Assembly (NCBI GenBank): GCA_963714975.1
Contig: CAVQQD010000002.1
Location: 238,209 to 262,208, forward strand
Reading direction: 5' to 3'
Length of the DNA stretch: 24,000 nt
Origin: an uncultured Gammaproteobacteria bacterium
GTDB taxonomy: Bacteria > Pseudomonadota > Gammaproteobacteria > JAURND01
Shown here: in pieces, positions 12,701-17,977 of the stretch
Layout of the letters: the number at the start of each line of letters is the position of its first letter
Position numbering within the stretch: position 1 is the first letter of the stretch
Notes under the pieces: model-generated
The model's database searches: none
What the model saw: the letters and a program-made list of their open reading frames with translations, nothing else
What the model was told of the DNA's origin: nothing
Translations under genes and position numbers: made by a program

Positions 12701-15700
12701 TAGCAAATACTCAATTTTACGTGCTAGATCCCCTTACAAATCCTGTACCTATTGGAGTTACCGGTGAGTTATACATCGGAGGAGATGGTCTAGCACGAGG
12801 TTATTTAAATCTTCCTGATTTAACTGCCGAACGTTTTGTCATCAATCCATTTCAAACAGAAAATCAGAAAAAGCACGGGAAAAATGCTCGCCTATACATG
12901 ACCGGTGATTTAGTGCGTTATTTACCTGATGGCAATATTGAATACATTGGGAGAAATGATTTCCAAGTTAAAATCCGCGGCTTTAGAATTGAGTTGGGTG
13001 AAATTGAAAATAAATTAATAGCCTATCCAAAAATAAAACAAGCGGTAGTGTTAGTTAAGGAACATCAAACAAACAACGGAAAATACCTCGTGGGTTATTA
13101 TGTGGCAGACCAGCCACTCGATGAAAACGCTGTATTAGATTATCTGCATCATCAACTTCCTGAATACATGGTGCCTAGTGTCTTGGTTTATTTAACCCAA
13201 CTACCTTTAACCATCAGTGGGAAATTAGACCGTAGCGCATTACCTGATCCAGAATTGAGTAAAATCACTGAATATGTACCTCCTCGCAATGATTTAGAAC
13301 GAAAAGTCTGTGAGATCTACGCAGCAGTTTTAGGTTTACCACCTACTTCTGTGGGCATTCGGGATAATTTCTTTCGCTTAGGGGGTAATAGTATTTTAGC
13401 TATTAAGCTCGTCAGCCAATTAAATAAGCAAATTTTTTCTGACCCCTCTTTTCAAGTAGGAAAATTAATTCAAGTCGCTGAAATTTTTCGGCATAAAACT
13501 ATCTTAAGTTTATTAGACAGTCTTTTAAGCGAAGACGAAAGCGAGACCATCATTATTCCTAGCCAAGGACCTATCCAAAAAGCAGGTTTATCTTTTGCCC
13601 AAGAACGTTTATGGTTTATTGAACAGTATGAAGTTGGAAGCAATGCCTATAATATTCCATTGTTGAAAAAAATACCTGCACAAGTCGATGCTCGATTGTT
13701 GGCACAAGCGTTACTCTCGGTTGTATCCCGCCATGAAGTATTACATAGTTTGATCAAGACTGATAGTCAGGGTAATGGTTATCAAGAAGTTATCGACTTA
13801 AATAGTTCACCATTTAACATCGCTTATCACTCGTTCTCTGATTCTGCCGCACTTAAAAAATATATTGATACCGAAATCAATCATATTTTTAATTTAAATA
13901 GCGAATATCCCATTAGAATTCAGCTCCTAACCCAACAAGATACTGCAACAAACTATTTGTTGATCGTGGTACATCACATCGCGTTTGATGGTTGGTCAAT
14001 TGAAGTATTTATGCGTGATCTGCAAGCGCTTTATCAGCACGAGCCCTTGCCAGAATTAACCATTCAATATAAAGATTTTTCCATTTGGCAAAGGAATTAT
14101 TTAACTGGAGAACGCCTAGCCCATCAATTAAATTATTGGAAAAATAAACTTAGTGATTATGCTGGATTACATCTACCCACCGATAAACCAAGACCTCCTG
14201 AAATTAGTTACCTAGGCAACGATGTTTATTTTAGTATTGATCCAAAGACTAGCACTCAATTAAGAGAAATTGCTAAAAAGCTAGGCATCAGTTTATACAG
14301 TGTATTACTGGCCGGATTTAATTTGCTACTAAGAAGCTACAGCAATCAAGATGATATAGTCATAGGCACTCCCATTGCCAACCGCCACCATCAACAACTC
14401 GAAGATCTTATCGGATTTTTTGTCAATAGTCTGGCTCTGCGCAGCCAAATAAATCCCGAGCACGCATTGAATCATTACCTAGAAGAAATGGGTCGTGATG
14501 TGATCGAGGCACAACTGCATCAAGATTTACCCTTTGAAAAATTGGTAGAAGAACTGGAAATTCCCAAGGATCGCAGCCGTCATCCCCTGTTCCAAGTCAT
14601 GTTTGGAGTACAAAGTTTTGCAACTACAACAGCTGAATTATTGGAGCCTGCTTCTTTCACACTGAATTATCCTGTAGCGAAGTTCGATTTAAGTGTTTTT
14701 CTCGATGATAGCTACGCCGAATTAAGGGGAAAATTTAATTATGCGGAGAGTTTATTTACGAAAGAAACCATCAATATTCTCATTGCCACCTATCAACGTA
14801 TTTTGTCACAATTGGCATATGAGCCATTGCTACTAATAAAAAACTTAAGTTATCTCGATGCCACGAGTTATCAAAAAATTATTTATGAGTGGAACCAAAC
14901 GGAAAAAGATTACCCTGCTGATAAAACTATTCAGCAACTATTTGAAGAGCAAGTGGCACGAACCCCTGAAAATATTGCCGTAGTTTATGAAAATACTCAG
15001 CTTACCTACCACGAACTCAATAGCAAAGCCAACCAACTCGCGCATTATCTACAACAAACCTATCAGCCACAAGCCGATGATTTAATTGCGCTATGCTTGG
15101 ATCGCAGTGAACAGATGATCATTACCATTTTAGCTGTGTTAAAAGCTGGTGCTGCCTACGTACCCATCGATCCTGGTTATCCTGAAGAACGCATCCATTA
15201 TATTTTGCAAGATACTGCCACCAAGCTAGTGCTGACTAATGCCAGACATCAAGATAAATTAACTCATATAATCGACGGTGGGGGTGGTTATCAATTGCCG
15301 ATCCATATCGAAGCCATCGACAGCCCTAATTTACAAAACCAATTAAATGCTTATCAAGAGACTAATCCCATACTACATATCCATAGTAATAACTTAGCTT
15401 ATGTCATTTACACCAGTGGCACTACTGGGAATCCAAAAGGAGTGATGATTGAACATAAGAACGTTGTGAACTTAGCTGTAATGCAAGCCAAGGAATTTAG
15501 TTTATCGACACAATCGATAGATAACGCAAAAATTCTAAATTGCTTAGAATATGCAAATTATGTGTTTGATGCGCATGTTTGGGAATTATTCACAGTGATA
15601 AGTAATGGACATATCCTACATATAGCAAGTGATAGAATACGTCCAGACATAGAGCTATTATCAGAATATATTAATCTTCATAAAATTTACCTAGCAACCA

Positions 15701-15786
15701 TACCACCCGCATTATTATCGGTAGATACTTTATTGCCACTGAGCATTTTAGTAGTTGCCGGAGAAAAAACAACAAAGATATATTGA
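1..15786 (+). CDS. Multimodular non-ribosomal peptide synthetase, partial at 5' (window edge), ends at a premature TGA inside the last adenylation domain
   Basis: Frame 1 is open from base 1 ([15 protein letters not shown]...YGPTENVVF...) and joins the listed 5133-aa ORF. Repeated A-domain motifs ([43 protein letters not shown], GKLDR), PCP motifs (LGGDSI, LGGNSI), C motifs ([18 protein letters not shown]) and E motifs ([28 protein letters not shown]). Confidence 0.97.
   Translation: [5261 protein letters not shown]
748..990 (+). other. NRPS domain: PCP1 (GGDSI type, precedes E)
   Basis: [21 protein letters not shown] phosphopantetheine attachment motif. Confidence 0.93.
1009..2340 (+). other. 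NRPS domain: epimerization domain E1
   Basis: [48 protein letters not shown]. Confidence 0.95.
2365..3760 (+). other. NRPS domain: condensation domain C2, DCL-like
   Basis: [27 protein letters not shown]; located directly after an E domain. Confidence 0.88.
3810..5412 (+). other. NRPS domain: A2, predicted threonine-activating
   Basis: [12 protein letters not shown] / TVLNQTP / YVIFGGEA / [15 protein letters not shown] / GKLDR give code D-F-W-N-I-G-M-V-H-K, the canonical Thr code. Confidence 0.9.
5428..5670 (+). other. NRPS domain: PCP2
   Basis: [21 protein letters not shown]. Confidence 0.93.
5689..7020 (+). other. NRPS domain: epimerization domain E2
   Basis: Same motifs as E1 ([29 protein letters not shown]), near-identical copy. 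Confidence 0.95.
7045..8440 (+). other. NRPS domain: condensation domain C3, DCL-like
   Basis: [23 protein letters not shown]; near-identical to C2. Confidence 0.88.
8490..10060 (+). other. NRPS domain: A3, predicted glycine-activating
   Basis: [15 protein letters not shown] / ITIMQATP / KILCGGET / [14 protein letters not shown] / GKLDR give D-I-L-Q-L-G-M-I-W-K, a Gly-type code. Confidence 0.85.
10072..10350 (+). other. NRPS domain: PCP3
   Basis: [21 protein letters not shown]. Confidence 0.93.
10369..11630 (+). other. NRPS domain: condensation domain C4, LCL-like
   Basis: [44 protein letters not shown]. Confidence 0.9.
11690..13260 (+). other. NRPS domain: A4, predicted glycine-activating
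   Basis: Same code residues as A3 (D-I-L-Q-L-G-M-I-W-K). Confidence 0.85.
13276..13555 (+). other. NRPS domain: PCP4
   Basis: [21 protein letters not shown]. Confidence 0.93.
13573..14835 (+). other. NRPS domain: condensation domain C5, LCL-like
   Basis: [19 protein letters not shown]; near-identical to C4. Confidence 0.9.
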
Positions 15787-16470
15787 AGTTTTACCGAAAT
15801 AATCAAATAGCTGTAGTCAATGGTTATGGACCTACAGAATCGACAGTCTGCGCCACATTAAATCACTATCATGAAAATGATTTAAGTACCGACATTGGGA
15901 AACCAATCGCTAACATTACAATCTATATTTTAGATATCTATTTAAACCCAATACCGATTGGCGCGATAGGTGAACTGTACATCGGAGGAGCCGGGCTAGC
16001 CCGCGGCTATTTAAATCTTCCTGATTTAACTGCCGAACGTTTTATCCCCAATCTATTTCAAACAGAAGACGAAAAGAAATTTGGAAAAAATACACGCCTC
16101 TATAAGACCGGTGATTTAGTGCGTTATCTTCCTGATGGCAATCTCGAATATATCGGCAGAAATGATTTTCAAGTTAAAATCCGTGGTTTTAGAATTGAGC
16201 TGGGTGAAATTGAAAATAAATTAATAGCCTACCCAGAAATAAAACAAGCGGTAGTGTTAGTTAAGGAACATCAAACAAACAACGAAAAATACCTTGCGGG
16301 CTACTATGTTGCAGACCAACCACTCGATGAAAACGCTATGTTAGATTATCTACATCATCAACTTCCTGAATACATGGTGCCTAGTGTCTTGGTTTATTTA
16401 ACCCAACTACCTTTAACCATCAATGGGAAATTAGATCGTAGCGCATTACCTGATCCAGAATTGAGTAAAA
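14894..16470 (+). other. NRPS domain: A5, predicted Phe/aromatic-activating, interrupted by frameshift
   Basis: [13 protein letters not shown] / LATIPPA / ILVVAGEK ... (frameshift) ... [15 protein letters not shown] / GKLDR give D-A-W-T-V-A-G-V-C-K, close to the Phe code DAWTVAAVCK/DAWTIAAICK. Confidence 0.75.
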
Positions 16471-17474
16471 TCACTGAATATGTACCTCCTCGCAATGATT
16501 TAGAACGAAAAGTCTGTGATATTTACGCAGCAGTTTTAGGTTTACCACCTACTTCTGTGGGCATTCGGGATAATTTCTTTCGCTTAGGGGGTAATAGTAT
16601 TCTTGCAGTCAAATTAATCGCACTATTAAATAAAAAGTGTAATACTTATTTAAAAGTTGCAGAATTGTTTAGTTCTAAATCTATTCTAGATTTAATAAAA
16701 CTAATAACAACAATGCGTATAAAATATAAGACCATTGTAAAGCTTAATAATGCTAAAAATAAACCATTAATGTTAATGATCCATCCAGGTAATGGTGGGT
16801 GTGAAGTTTACGCAGATTTAGCAAAACGCTCGTCCAATTTTTATGCTTGTTATGGCATAGATAATTATAACTTATATCATAGAGATAAATTTCAAACGCT
16901 GCACAGTCTATCTAATTACTACTTAAGTCTTATAGAAAAACAATTTGACTTAAACAACAAACAAACTGAAATCATATTATTTGGGTGGTCATTAGGGGGT
17001 TTAATTAGTCTTGAAATAGCCAATATCCTAGAGCAACGTAGTCATACTCGCATAAGAGTTTATTTATTAGATACTATTATCGACGACGAACAATTGACAC
17101 AACTAAAACAATTAAATGAAAAAATAATTAAAAAACAAATTTATGAATATTTTAAGAAAAATTATAATAAAAATTATGCACGAAAAATCATTGATAACTT
17201 TAGTATCGAAGAAAAAATAGGTCATGAAAAGATTTCTGATTTTTTGCGTTATACAAAAATAACTTTATTCAAAGCCATGCAGAAAGATACCACAATTGAA
17301 GCAACTGCTTCAATTGGTGAATATATCGAAAATTTACCCTACAACAATGTAGACAAAATTGTACGCGATCTTTCTCAACTGACGGTTGTTAATGTCGAGC
17401 AGGCTAATCACTCAAACATTCTGAAATTTCAGGAAATATTGTTACAGCACTTAGTTAGTCCAAAAATTCTCTAA
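15783..17474 (+). CDS. NRPS C-terminal part: second half of adenylation domain 5, PCP, thioesterase; the remainder of the same gene after a -1 frameshift
   Basis: Begins with [21 protein letters not shown], exactly the A5 motif missing from the upstream ORF; then A7-A10, PCP [11 protein letters not shown], and TE GWSLGG. The TTG 'start' at 15783 is probably not a real initiation site. Confidence 0.95.
   Translation: [563 protein letters not shown]
16486..16720 (+). other. NRPS domain: PCP5
   Basis: [21 protein letters not shown]. Confidence 0.92.
16753..17474 (+). other. NRPS domain: type I thioesterase (TE)
   Basis: [27 protein letters not shown] (GxSxG), YLLDTIID (candidate Asp), QANHSNIL (candidate catalytic His). 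Confidence 0.9.
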
Positions 17475-17527
17475 TTCCTTGAGGAAGTTTGATTTGGGTC
17501 TTAGCCTTATAACGCATCTCATATACC

Positions 17528-17849
17528 TATCCGATGCACATAAATCGGTCAGCAATTCTCGCTGAAACCCTATTCCCCGACGGGTCCTGCCGCGGCACCC
17601 CACCGTGCTCGTAGCATCATATCCCTTCTCCCACAATGCTTTTTTGTGGGAGAAAAGGTGGCCGCCAGGCCGAATGAGGGTGTTTGAAATGGCTATAAGA
17701 AGGGATATGATGCTACTGCGCGCGATGGGGTCCCCGCCTCCACGTCACCCGCCGGTGTAATGACGGAGCAGGAGAATTGTTGCTTTTTTTTGATCTCATT
17801 GATCCGTGATAAGGCTTCAGTGGGAATTGCTGACCGAGTGCATCGGATA
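17528..17849. repeat. Imperfect inverted-repeat element (MITE-like or structured noncoding), about 320 bp, with nested palindromes
   Basis: Outer arms: tatccgatgcac...tcggtcagcaatt (17528-17557) against the reverse complement of aattgctgaccgagtgcatcggata (17825-17849). Middle arms: gtagcatcatatcccttct (17611-17629) is the perfect reverse complement of agaagggatatgatgctac (17698-17716). Inner hairpin: ttctcccacaa (17626-17636) with ttgtgggagaa (17644-17654). Confidence 0.7.
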
Positions 17850-17912
17850 GCTCCCACAAGGGGAGAAGGAAAATCTACCCACTCGATTCTACATAGAACC
17901 AAAATTATTTTA

Positions 17913-17940
17913 TTGAAAATTGATTTTTGCATGATACAGT
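17913..17940 (+). promoter_or_regulatory. Possible sigma70-like promoter for the SDR gene
   Basis: TTGAAA (17913-17918), 16 nt, TACAGT (17935-17940); weak -10. Confidence 0.3.
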
Positions 17941-17977
17941 GGCCAGTAATATTTAAGGTTTTTAAAAGGAGATAGGA

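Larger units (their letters stand above)
12112..15126 (+). repeat. Direct repeat B, copy 2
   Basis: See copy 1. Confidence 0.94.

Noticed and set aside
222-15126. Could the long direct repeats be a CRISPR or phage/VLR-type variable array?
   Set aside because: Repeats are multi-kb, in-frame and map to NRPS domains; ordinary modular architecture explains them.
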